In this document: positions 7,799 to 16,764 of the stretch, one piece after another
Layout of the letters: each line of letters opens with the position of its first letter
Position numbering within the stretch: the stretch's first letter is position 1
DNA from: Patescibacteria group bacterium
GTDB lineage: Bacteria; Patescibacteriota; UBA1384; XYA2-FULL-43-10; 1-14-0-10-43-13
NCBI GenBank assembly: GCA_041671645.1
Contig: JBAZBD010000001.1
Span: forward strand, 479,234-543,233
Reading direction: 5' to 3'
DNA length: 64,000 nucleotides
Notes under the pieces: model-generated
Seen by the model: only the letters and a program-made list of their open reading frames with translations
Told to the model about the DNA's origin: nothing
Databases searched by the model: none
Translations under genes and position numbers: made by a program

Positions 7799-10711
7799 AT
7801 GAGTTTCAAAAAGATCGATTCTAGATTAAATCTGCCACTTGAAGAAGAAAACATTCTTAAATTTTGGCGTGAAAATAATATTTTCAAACAAACCCTGGAA
7901 AAGGATTCACCAGAAGGCAATTTTGTCTTTTTCGAGGGTCCGCCCACTGCCAATGGTAAGCCTGGCATCCACCACGTACTCGCCAGATCGTTCAAAGATC
8001 TCTTCGCTCGATACAAAACGATGAAAGGATTTAATGTCAAACGCAAAGCTGGCTGGGACACTCATGGTCTGCCAGTAGAGCTTCAAGTCGAGAAGGAATT
8101 GGGGATTTCTGGCAAGGGACAAATTGAAGATATTGTGTCGGGAGACAAAAGGGCTTCAGTTGAGAAGTTCAACAAACTATGTCGCGAATCAGTCTGGAAG
8201 TACAAAGAGGAGTGGGAAAAATTGACTGAGAGAATGGCTTATTGGGTAGATATGGAAGATCCGTACATTACCTATGAACCAAAATATATCGAAAGCGTCT
8301 GGAGCTTGATCGGAGAAATCGACAAAAAAGGTCTATTGTATAAGGGCCACAAGGTTGTGCCATATTGCCCTCGTTGTGGAACTGCGCTTTCTTCTCATGA
8401 AGTAGCTCAGGGATATCAGAATATCAAGGAAGAATCCGTATACGTCAAGATAAAGTCGAAGAAAGAAGATGTATTTTTCCTGGTCTGGACTACTACGCCT
8501 TGGACGCTCGCTGGCAACGCCGCTTTGGCTTTTAGCCCAAACGTTGAGTATGCTCGGGCAAAATTAAACAATGAGGAATATATTATTGCTCTCAATCGCG
8601 TGGAAGCTGTTCTCGGCGCAGAGGCTGAAATTGTAGAGAAGGGCCTGGACGGAGAGGCTATTATCGAGCGATATAATTGTGGCGAGGAGCCTGATTACGA
8701 GGCAATTTATGCGGATGGTGAAGGATATAGTGAGGCGGGCGAGCGGGCTTATCAGTTGATCACTGCCGATTATGTTTCTGACCATGATGGTACAGGAATA
8801 GTTCATATAGCGCCTGCTTTTGGTGCTGATGATTATATCTATGGGTTTCAGCAAAACCGAATTAAGGTTTTGAAGACGGTGGACGAGAAAGGTACTGAGA
8901 TGGCTGGTGCAGGCAAGGGCAAATTTGTGAAAGATGCCGATAATGATGTCAAAGAAGATTTACGAGCGAGGGACATATTATTCAAAGTAGAATCAGTCAA
9001 ACACGATTATCCATTCTGTTGGCGCTGTGATTCTCCACTTATTTATATGGCCAGGGATTCTTGGTATATCGCGATGAGCAAGGTTCGCGAAGAGCTTTTG
9101 AAAAACAATGAAGATATCAATTGGAATCCAGGATATTTGAAAAATGGCAGATTCGGGAATTGGCTAGAGAATATTCAGGACTGGGCGATTTCTAGAGACC
9201 GATATTGGGGAACTCCATTGCCCATCTGGGAGTGTGATAAATGCCAGAAGTATAAGGTCGTTACTTCTCTCGAAGAAATCAAGAATGTTGAGCCACACAA
9301 GCCAGAAATTGACGGAGTAATATTTGATTGTGAATGTGGCGGCAAGATGAAGCGAACGCCGGAAGTTATGGATGTTTGGCTTGACTCTGGCGCTATGCCA
9401 TATGCTCAATATCATGTTCCTTTTGAGAATGTCGAGTTGCAAAAAAGCCAGTTCCCAGCAGACTTTATCTGCGAAGCTGTCGACCAAACGAGAGGTTGGT
9501 TCTACACACTGTTAGCCCTATCCACCATCACTAGCAATACTTCTTCCTACAAGAATGTGATCTCTACTGGCCATGTTTTAGACGCTCATGGCAAGAAAAT
9601 GTCGAAGTCAAAGGGCAATATTATTGAGCCATCTGAAGCCTTTGGAAAGTATGGTGCAGACGTGATCCGCTACTTCTTTTACTCGACCAACCAGCCGGGC
9701 GAGCCAAAATTATTTAATGACAAAGAAGTTATCTCTGTCTCTCGCAATCTTTTCATGACACTTTGGAATGTCTATTCGTTTTTCATGACATACGCCTCAA
9801 TTGATGGATGGAAACCGGATAAGGTCGAAACTCAAAAGTCGAAAGTCAAAAGTCCGATGGTTGAGGTTGAAAGTGTACTCGACGAGTGGATCTTGGCAAA
9901 ACTACAGGAGTTGATCAACCAGGTCAGCGAAGGACTCGATAAGTTTGATCCCTACAAGCCGAGCAATCAGATCATCGATTTTGTTGGTGAGCTTTCAACC
10001 TGGTATGTCCGACGTTCTCGCAGGAGATTTTGGAAAAGCGAGAGTGATTCAGACAAGGAGAGCGCTTATCACACTTTGTATTACGTTTTGATTTCGCTAA
10101 CCAAGATTTTGGCTCCTATGGCTCCAATGTTTGCTGAGACTGTCTACCAAGGGTTGCGAGACGAAAGCGATCCAGAGTCGGTTCACCTGACGGATTTCCC
10201 AAATCAATCAAAGTTTGACCAGAAAATATTGGATGAAATGTCAGAAGCAAGAAATATTGTAGAAGAGGGCTTGTCAAAACGCGCTGAAGCCAAGATCAAA
10301 GTTCGTCAACCGTTAAATTCTATCTCAACTGCAGTTACATTGAGACCTGAGTTTGCTGAGATTATCCTAGAAGAGGTAAATGTTAAAAAAGTTATCGCCA
10401 AGGATTCTGGCGGGACTGAATTAGATATCAATATCACCCCTGAACTCAAATTGGAAGGATTGGCGAGAGAGCTAGTCAGAAGTATTCAGGCTTTGCGAAA
10501 AAACGCTGGATTTGAGGTCGAGAACCGTATCGAAGTGCTATATGACACTGATTCTGAGGAGCTTCTCGAAACCTTCGAAAAATTTCATGACCTGATCTCC
10601 CGTGAAGTGCTGGCCGTATCAATTAAATCTAACCGGAGTGATAGCGGATATTCGGAAGACTTGTTGATTGATGGCGCGAGTATATGGATAAATGTCTCGA
10701 AAACAAATTAA
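7799..10711 (+). CDS. ileS: Isoleucyl-tRNA synthetase (type 2)
   Basis: PPTANGKPGIHHVLARSFKD (HxGH class I motif), KMSKSKGN, zinc-binding C-terminal region, 970 aa. Confidence 0.95.
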   Translation: MSFKKIDSRLNLPLEEENILKFWRENNIFKQTLEKDSPEGNFVFFEGPPTANGKPGIHHVLARSFKDLFARYKTMKGFNVKRKAGWDTHGLPVELQVEKELGISGKGQIEDIVSGDKRASVEKFNKLCRESVWKYKEEWEKLTERMAYWVDMEDPYITYEPKYIESVWSLIGEIDKKGLLYKGHKVVPYCPRCGTALSSHEVAQGYQNIKEESVYVKIKSKKEDVFFLVWTTTPWTLAGNAALAFSPNVEYARAKLNNEEYIIALNRVEAVLGAEAEIVEKGLDGEAIIERYNCGEEPDYEAIYADGEGYSEAGERAYQLITADYVSDHDGTGIVHIAPAFGADDYIYGFQQNRIKVLKTVDEKGTEMAGAGKGKFVKDADNDVKEDLRARDILFKVESVKHDYPFCWRCDSPLIYMARDSWYIAMSKVREELLKNNEDINWNPGYLKNGRFGNWLENIQDWAISRDRYWGTPLPIWECDKCQKYKVVTSLEEIKNVEPHKPEIDGVIFDCECGGKMKRTPEVMDVWLDSGAMPYAQYHVPFENVELQKSQFPADFICEAVDQTRGWFYTLLALSTITSNTSSYKNVISTGHVLDAHGKKMSKSKGNIIEPSEAFGKYGADVIRYFFYSTNQPGEPKLFNDKEVISVSRNLFMTLWNVYSFFMTYASIDGWKPDKVETQKSKVKSPMVEVESVLDEWILAKLQELINQVSEGLDKFDPYKPSNQIIDFVGELSTWYVRRSRRRFWKSESDSDKESAYHTLYYVLISLTKILAPMAPMFAETVYQGLRDESDPESVHLTDFPNQSKFDQKILDEMSEARNIVEEGLSKRAEAKIKVRQPLNSISTAVTLRPEFAEIILEEVNVKKVIAKDSGGTELDINITPELKLEGLARELVRSIQALRKNAGFEVENRIEVLYDTDSEELLETFEKFHDLISREVLAVSIKSNRSDSGYSEDLLIDGASIWINVSKTN

Positions 10712-10731
10712 TAGTTTAAATAATATCTATA

Positions 10732-11844
10732 GTGTCTAAACTCAAAACAATTGATATTGCGATATTTATTATACCTATTGTCTTCTTGGCTGTTAGCATT
10801 GCAATTATATATAGCCTTGTGATGGGAACGAATAATGAATCCCTCTGGTCGAAGCAGGCCATGGTTGGCTTGGTCGGCATCGTAGCGATGGTCGGCGTAT
10901 GCTTTGTCGATTACCGTCAGTTTCGGGGCGTTTCGGCGATCCTCTATATTATATCGATTCTATTGCTCATAATTGTCGAATTTGTGGGCAAAACTGTGAA
11001 CGGAGCCATGAACTGGATTGACCTTGGTTTTTTCCAACTTCAGCCTTCCGAGGTGGCAAAAGTATTTTTGATTATTGTTTTGGCCTCATTTTTCTCACGA
11101 AAAATCGGGAAAATTAGTTGGAGCGATATATTCACATCTTTTTTGATCGTGGCGTTGCCTCTCATTTTGATATTGCTCGAACCAGACTTCGGTACGGGAC
11201 TGATCGTAATCTTAATGTATCTGACCATGCTGATTATGTCGAAACCGACACGTGCGCAGATCCTCACCCTGGTTCTTACGGTTGTTGTAGTACTCTCGAT
11301 CGGGTTTGGCGCGTATATGAAAGTTAAGCCCTTCGATCGGATGCTTAGGGATTATCAGAGACACCGCATCGCGGTTTTCTTGGATCCTAGTTTGGCGCCC
11401 ACAAAAGAGGGCTACAATGTAAAGCAGGCTCAAATCACAGTGGGCTCTGGCGGAATGTTTGGCAGGGGATTGGGCAAGGGTTCTCAGAGTCAGCTTCGCT
11501 TCCTGCCTGAATCTCATACTGATTTTATTTTTTCTGGGATTGCTGAATCGTTTGGCTTCTTGGGGAGTGGTTTTTTCCTATTTTTATATTGTTTTTTCTT
11601 GTATCGTCTTATACAAATTGGACAGTCCGCCAGAGATAATTTTGGCCTTCTGATCGTAGTTGGCGCAGTTAGCATGTTTTTCTACCAAGTTTTAATCAGC
11701 GTAGGCATGAATATCGGCCTACTTCCAGTCACCGGCATCCCGCTACCACTTATGAGTTATGGCGGAACTTCACTTTTTGTCTCTCTATTTGTGATTGGTC
11801 TGGTCCAGAGTATTCATATCCATCGCCAGAGGAAATCGTTTTGA
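10732..11844 (+). CDS. SEDS-family peptidoglycan glycosyltransferase (FtsW/RodA)
   Basis: 10 TM segments. Conserved motifs QPSE.AK, DFGTG, PESHTDFIFS, PLPLMSYGGTS. GTG start. Confidence 0.85.
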   Translation: MSKLKTIDIAIFIIPIVFLAVSIAIIYSLVMGTNNESLWSKQAMVGLVGIVAMVGVCFVDYRQFRGVSAILYIISILLLIIVEFVGKTVNGAMNWIDLGFFQLQPSEVAKVFLIIVLASFFSRKIGKISWSDIFTSFLIVALPLILILLEPDFGTGLIVILMYLTMLIMSKPTRAQILTLVLTVVVVLSIGFGAYMKVKPFDRMLRDYQRHRIAVFLDPSLAPTKEGYNVKQAQITVGSGGMFGRGLGKGSQSQLRFLPESHTDFIFSGIAESFGFLGSGFFLFLYCFFLYRLIQIGQSARDNFGLLIVVGAVSMFFYQVLISVGMNIGLLPVTGIPLPLMSYGGTSLFVSLFVIGLVQSIHIHRQRKSF

Positions 11845-11898
11845 TCGGCAAGTATTGACAAAATATGAGCGTGTGATATTATTACTGTAATTAGACCT

Positions 11899-11917
11899 CC
11901 GGTCTTTTTTAAGTTAG
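11899..11917 (+). terminator. Small hairpin + T6 (terminator of the ftsW-like gene, or leader attenuator of rplU)
   Basis: AGACC-TCC-GGTCT followed by TTTTTT, between a TTGACA-16-TATTAT promoter-like motif (11856-11884) and the rplU RBS. Confidence 0.5.
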
Positions 11918-11927
11918 GAGTATACAA

Positions 11928-12236
11928 ATGTTTGCAGTTATTTCGTACAATGGAAACCAGTACAAATTCGAGGAGAACAAAGAATATAATATCGCTCTGA
12001 TTGAAACTAGCGAGAAGGATATTGTTTTTGACGACGTTTTATTGGTCAGCACCGAAAAAGAAATTCTAGTTGGAGAGCCGAATGTAAAGGGTGCTTCAGT
12101 AAAAGCCGAGATTATCGGTCTTGCTCGTGGCAAGAAATTGACCGCTATGAAATTTAAAGCCAAGGCTCGCGTCAAAAAAACGCTGGGTCACAAGCAGGAT
12201 TATACCCGGATCAAGGTTATAACAATTAATAGCTAA
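11928..12236 (+). CDS. rplU: 50S ribosomal protein L21
   Basis: MFAVISYNGNQYKF…GHKQDYTRIKV. Confidence 0.85.
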   Translation: MFAVISYNGNQYKFEENKEYNIALIETSEKDIVFDDVLLVSTEKEILVGEPNVKGASVKAEIIGLARGKKLTAMKFKAKARVKKTLGHKQDYTRIKVITINS

Positions 12237-12237
12237 T

Positions 12238-12429
12238 ATGAATAGCATTACAAATTACTTCAAAGGGGTGTATCTAGAACTTAAGAAAGTAAGCTGGCCT
12301 ACTCGTAAAGAGGTCATAAACCATACAATCATCGTATTAGTATCCGCGAGTTTGGCTGTAGCCATCACGGCAAGCATCGACTTCGGTCTAACGAAATTAG
12401 TGCAATTTATTATTGAGAATAAAAAATAA
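12238..12429 (+). CDS. secE: Preprotein translocase subunit SecE
   Basis: ELKKVSWPTRKEV followed by a single TM. Sits immediately upstream of nusG. Confidence 0.85.
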   Translation: MNSITNYFKGVYLELKKVSWPTRKEVINHTIIVLVSASLAVAITASIDFGLTKLVQFIIENKK

Positions 12430-12430
12430 C

Positions 12431-13048
12431 ATGGCACCAAAAGAACCAAAACAAGAACTCGAAGAAGAAATCAAAGTTGACGAATCTGCTGAATCAAAGC
12501 AGTTTTTGACCTTGAAGCAGACTGGTGAACGCAACTGGTATGTGATTCATACCTATTCTGGATATGAGGAGCAAGTTGCCGATTCTTTGAAACAGAGAAT
12601 CGAATCCATGAACATGGAAGATAAGATCTTCGATGTTATCGTGCCAAAAGAAAAACAGATTGAAATCAAAAACGGTAAGCGCAAAACTGTCGAAAAGAAG
12701 ATTTTCCCTGGTTATGTCCTTGTTGATATGATTGTTACTGATGACTCTTGGTATGTCGTCCGAAATACGCCGAATGTTACTGGCTTTATTGGTTTCGGTG
12801 TTCGTCCTACCCCAATGTCAAAGGAAGAAATTGATCGCATCAAGAAGAGAATGGGCGTCGAAGAGCCAAAATATCAGATTGATTTCCGAGTTAATGATTT
12901 GGTCAAAATTACCGATGGAGCTCTCAAGGGTTTCGAAGGTAAGATTGAAGAAATTGACCAGAACAAAGGCAAGATCAAGGTCTTGGTTAATATGTTTGGT
13001 CGCGAGACCCCAGTAAATCTAGACTTTTTACAAGTTGTGAAAATATAA
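12431..13048 (+). CDS. nusG: Transcription termination/antitermination factor NusG
   Basis: WYVIHTYSGYE (NGN domain) and a C-terminal KOW motif (VKITDGALKGFEGKIEEID). The ATG at 12431 follows the secE stop. Confidence 0.9.
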   Translation: MAPKEPKQELEEEIKVDESAESKQFLTLKQTGERNWYVIHTYSGYEEQVADSLKQRIESMNMEDKIFDVIVPKEKQIEIKNGKRKTVEKKIFPGYVLVDMIVTDDSWYVVRNTPNVTGFIGFGVRPTPMSKEEIDRIKKRMGVEEPKYQIDFRVNDLVKITDGALKGFEGKIEEIDQNKGKIKVLVNMFGRETPVNLDFLQVVKI

Positions 13049-13105
13049 TAATATAGGATTCGAGGTTCAAAGACGCTTCTACTTTAGACCCTCCAAAGCA
13101 AAATC

Positions 13106-13531
13106 ATGGCAAAAGCAATAAAAGCAGTTATCAAATTACAATGTCCAGCAGGTAAAGCAAATCCTGCACCTCCAGTCGGCCCAGCACTTGGTCAGCATGG
13201 TTTGAATATCATGGAATTCTGCACCAAGTTCAACGAGGCTACTAGGGAAAAGGGCGACTTCATCATTCCTGTAGAGATTACGGTTTATGAAGATAGAACT
13301 TATACCTTCATTCTGAAGCAGCCACCCGCAGCCGTATTGGTTATGAAAGCCGTTAAGGCCGCTAAGGGCAGCGACAACTCCAAGAAAAATAAGGTTGGCA
13401 AGATTACTCAAGCTCAGCTCGAAGAAATCGCAAACACAAAAATGTCAGATCTAAACGCAAATGACATCGAAGCGGCCAAGAAGATCATCGCCGGTACAGC
13501 TCGAAGCATGGGCGTTGAAGTAGAGAAATAA
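13106..13531 (+). CDS. rplK: 50S ribosomal protein L11
   Basis: [30 protein letters not shown]. Confidence 0.95.
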   Translation: MAKAIKAVIKLQCPAGKANPAPPVGPALGQHGLNIMEFCTKFNEATREKGDFIIPVEITVYEDRTYTFILKQPPAAVLVMKAVKAAKGSDNSKKNKVGKITQAQLEEIANTKMSDLNANDIEAAKKIIAGTARSMGVEVEK

Positions 13532-13570
13532 ACTTCTTTTAACTTCATACATAATATGATAAAACAAAAG

Positions 13571-13609
13571 AACCCCCTCCGCCAGCTGGCGGATCGGGGA
13601 TTCTTTTTG
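13571..13609 (+). terminator. Rho-independent terminator after rplK
   Basis: CCCCTCCGCCAG/CTGGCGGATCGGGG palindromic stem followed by ATTCTTTTT. Confidence 0.75.
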
Positions 13610-13677
13610 TAGAGATGTACTGACGTTGACCAGAGAAAGCGAAAGGAGGGGCAACACTTTTCCAATCTTCGCCGGTA

Positions 13678-15576
13678 TTGATCTTACTTATTCATGATAG
13701 CCAAAATGAAGTCAAAATGTCAACATTGAACAGAATAATCATACAAAGTCATAACAAATATCCTTTCAGGGAGCTGATTTCTTCTCTACTTGATTTTGGA
13801 TATGAAAGAGAACAGGACGAAATCAAAAGCGGTTACTTCGGGATCTCAGGAGGAGTAATCAAAATTTTTCCTGTTAACGATAAAGATATTTACCTCGTCG
13901 AATTCTTTGGCGATGAGGTTGATGCCATGTATATACTTCGCGATGGCAAGCAGGAAAAGTTTTTTGGCAGCTTAGTAATTGAAAAAAATATCGTCAAGTT
14001 ATCAGATGGAAGCATATTGTCACCCGAAAGTTATGCAGTCCATGAAGATTATGGCATTGGCCAGTTTCGCAACATTGAGACATTGCTCTTGCCAGATGGC
14101 GAACAAGTAAAATACATAAATTTTATTTATCTAAATGAAGAAGTATTACGTGTGCCTGAAAATCAGATAGATAAATTGTCGCGCTATATCGGTGTGGGAC
14201 AGCGAAAACCGAAATTGAACAGACTCGGTAGCGTCGCCTGGAAGAATACATATAAGAGAACCTACGAAAACGCATTGCTCCTAGCCAGAGAATTGCTGAC
14301 AGTTTATGCCAAAAGGCAAATTGCTGAGAAGAAGAAAATGATAATCAATACGGAATGGGATACCCTGGCTCGTAAAACCTTCGATTTCACTGAAACCGTC
14401 GACCAAATGAATGCTATTGAAAGTGTATATGCCGACCTCTCTGCTGATGTGCCTTCGGACAGATTGATTTGTGGCGACGTTGGCTTCGGCAAGACTGAGG
14501 TAGCTCTTAGAGCGGCGGTCCAAGCGGTAGCAAATGGTTATCAGGTTGCCATGCTAGTACCTACAACGATATTGGCAGAACAACATTACATAAATTTCGT
14601 TCGCAGACTCGCTCATACTCCAATCCGGGTAGGTCATTTGAGCCGTTTTGTCTCTGACGAACAGAGCAAAGAGACGGTCAAAGGTTTGGCCGACGGTAGC
14701 GTGGATATTGTAGTTAGTACTCACAAGCTTATTAGGTCTGAAATCAAGTTTAAAAATTTGGGGCTCTTGGTGATTGATGAGGAGCAAAAATTTGGAGTCA
14801 AGGATAAGGAGAAGCTCAAGGATTATCGCTCAAACATAGATTGCTTGACTCTGACTGCCACACCGATCCCAAGGACGATGTATATGGCCCTGTCTGGAGT
14901 CAGAAGTATATCTCAAATATCCTCGATTCCGGAGGGAAGAAGAAGCGTAGAAACAGAGATAGCAAAGTATTATGAAACCACAATCAAGACATACATTGAT
15001 CGTGAAATTGAGAGAAAAGGGCAGATTTACTTCTTGCATAATCGAGTCCAGTCAATCGGCGGGACCAAGCGAATGTTGTCGAAACTTTACCCATCTCTAA
15101 ATATAGAGATCGCGCACGGGCAGATGCCGGAGCGTCTTTTGGCCAAAAGGATGATCGATTTTACGGAAGGGAAAATAGATATTTTGGTCTGCTCCACGAT
15201 CATTGAAAGCGGTATTGATCTGCCTAACGTCAATACTTTGATTGTTGAGGAATCAGACCGATTTGGTCTATCTCAACTTTATCAAATACGTGGAAGGATC
15301 GGTCGAAGCACTCGACAATCATACGCACTTTTCACTTACAAAAATAAGAAAATGACAAATAATGCGGTCAAGCGACTTGAAGCTCTGTCTCACAATACTG
15401 AGCTCGGTACGGGGTTCGAAATTGCATTATCCGATTTGGAAATTAGGGGAGGCGGGAATATCTTGGGCAAGGAACAGCATGGCAGTATGGAGGCGGTAGG
15501 ATTGATGCTCTACTCGAAACTATTGAAACTAGCCGTTGATAGGCTGAAAGAGGGAAATCTGTTAGAATTAGCTTAA
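13678..15576 (+). CDS. mfd: Transcription-repair coupling factor Mfd, short form lacking the N-terminal UvrB-homology domains
   Basis: CarD/TRCF RNAP-interacting domain (YAVHEDYGIGQF), SF2 helicase motifs (GDVGFGKTEVAL, DEEQKFG, TATPIPRT, QIRGRIGR), C-terminal TRCF domain. Only 632 aa; the start could also be 13717. Confidence 0.85.
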   Translation: MILLIHDSQNEVKMSTLNRIIIQSHNKYPFRELISSLLDFGYEREQDEIKSGYFGISGGVIKIFPVNDKDIYLVEFFGDEVDAMYILRDGKQEKFFGSLVIEKNIVKLSDGSILSPESYAVHEDYGIGQFRNIETLLLPDGEQVKYINFIYLNEEVLRVPENQIDKLSRYIGVGQRKPKLNRLGSVAWKNTYKRTYENALLLARELLTVYAKRQIAEKKKMIINTEWDTLARKTFDFTETVDQMNAIESVYADLSADVPSDRLICGDVGFGKTEVALRAAVQAVANGYQVAMLVPTTILAEQHYINFVRRLAHTPIRVGHLSRFVSDEQSKETVKGLADGSVDIVVSTHKLIRSEIKFKNLGLLVIDEEQKFGVKDKEKLKDYRSNIDCLTLTATPIPRTMYMALSGVRSISQISSIPEGRRSVETEIAKYYETTIKTYIDREIERKGQIYFLHNRVQSIGGTKRMLSKLYPSLNIEIAHGQMPERLLAKRMIDFTEGKIDILVCSTIIESGIDLPNVNTLIVEESDRFGLSQLYQIRGRIGRSTRQSYALFTYKNKKMTNNAVKRLEALSHNTELGTGFEIALSDLEIRGGGNILGKEQHGSMEAVGLMLYSKLLKLAVDRLKEGNLLELA

Positions 15577-16661
15577 TGGCTAATTTTGATCACAAAATTA
15601 TTCTTGCGCTCAATGCTCACCCCAAAATTGGGAGCCAAACTCTCAAGAAGCTGATTTTTGCTGTCAGCAACCCCGAACAGCTTTGGACCTTATCCAAAAA
15701 TGAACTAAGCCGAAAGATCGAGCCAAAGCTGTTGGAACTTCTGTTTCAAGCACGCGCAGACTACCAGCCGGAGTTGGAATTCGAAAAGATTAAAAAGTAT
15801 GATGTTGGCTATGTCACCATTTTTGACAAAGAATATCCGACATTACTTAAGGAAATTCCTGATGCGCCAGTCATACTATATATGAGAGGAAGCCCGGAAG
15901 CGCTCAAAAGACCGGGCCTCGGAGTAGTTGGAAGCCGAAAGTATACCGATTATGGCTCGAGCGTAGCTTACAAGCTAACAAAGTCATTGGCAGAAAGTGG
16001 TCTCACAATAATCTCTGGCCTAGCTCTCGGGATTGATGCAATCGCGCATCAAGCAGCGCTCGACGCAAATGGTATGACGGTTGGCGTCCTTGGCTGCGGT
16101 CTGGATCGGATTTACCCTGTGTCAAATCACAATCTTGGCAAAGCGATGATCGAGAGAGGCGGTGCAATAATCTCTGAATTTCCGATTGGCACGCCACCGA
16201 CAAATTATAATTTTCCGATCAGAAATAGAATTATCGCTGGACTAAGCCTGGGCACTCTGGTTGTCGAAGCGGCGTTGGATTCTGGCTCTTTGATTACTGC
16301 CGGTCTAGCGCTTGACTATAATCGTGAGGTTTTTGCCGTGCCAGGAGGAATCGACTCGCCGATGTCGGAGGGAACCAATAAATTAATCAAACAGGGCGCT
16401 ATTCCCGTGACCTGTGCAAGTGATGTCTTGTCCGTCTTGGACATCGAGGAGAAGAAAAGCGCCGAGAAGGCGAGAGAGATTCTGCCTGAAAATGAAAATG
16501 AAAAGAAGATATATGAAATTTTGAGATCGGGGGAGCGGTCTGGCGATGAAATAATCAAAGCCTCAAAACTAAATGTGATAGAGCTCAATTCTGTACTGAC
16601 GATGATGGAGCTAAAGGGCATGGTCAAAAATATTGGTGGGGGAAGATATAAAATAAGTTAA
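15576..16661 (+). CDS. dprA: DNA processing protein DprA (Smf)
   Basis: Rossmann-like core GVVGSRKYTDYG…LALGIDAIAHQAAL…FPIRNRIIAGLS…AGLALDYNREVFAVPG. Confidence 0.9.
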   Translation: MANFDHKIILALNAHPKIGSQTLKKLIFAVSNPEQLWTLSKNELSRKIEPKLLELLFQARADYQPELEFEKIKKYDVGYVTIFDKEYPTLLKEIPDAPVILYMRGSPEALKRPGLGVVGSRKYTDYGSSVAYKLTKSLAESGLTIISGLALGIDAIAHQAALDANGMTVGVLGCGLDRIYPVSNHNLGKAMIERGGAIISEFPIGTPPTNYNFPIRNRIIAGLSLGTLVVEAALDSGSLITAGLALDYNREVFAVPGGIDSPMSEGTNKLIKQGAIPVTCASDVLSVLDIEEKKSAEKAREILPENENEKKIYEILRSGERSGDEIIKASKLNVIELNSVLTMMELKGMVKNIGGGRYKIS

Positions 16662-16764
16662 AAGCGGAAAGTTATAAAGTATAAAGTAATATTGATTTGA
16701 ATAAACCAATTTCTTCTGGTAACTTAACCATAGCAAAATAAAAACAAAATTAACTGAAGGAATT

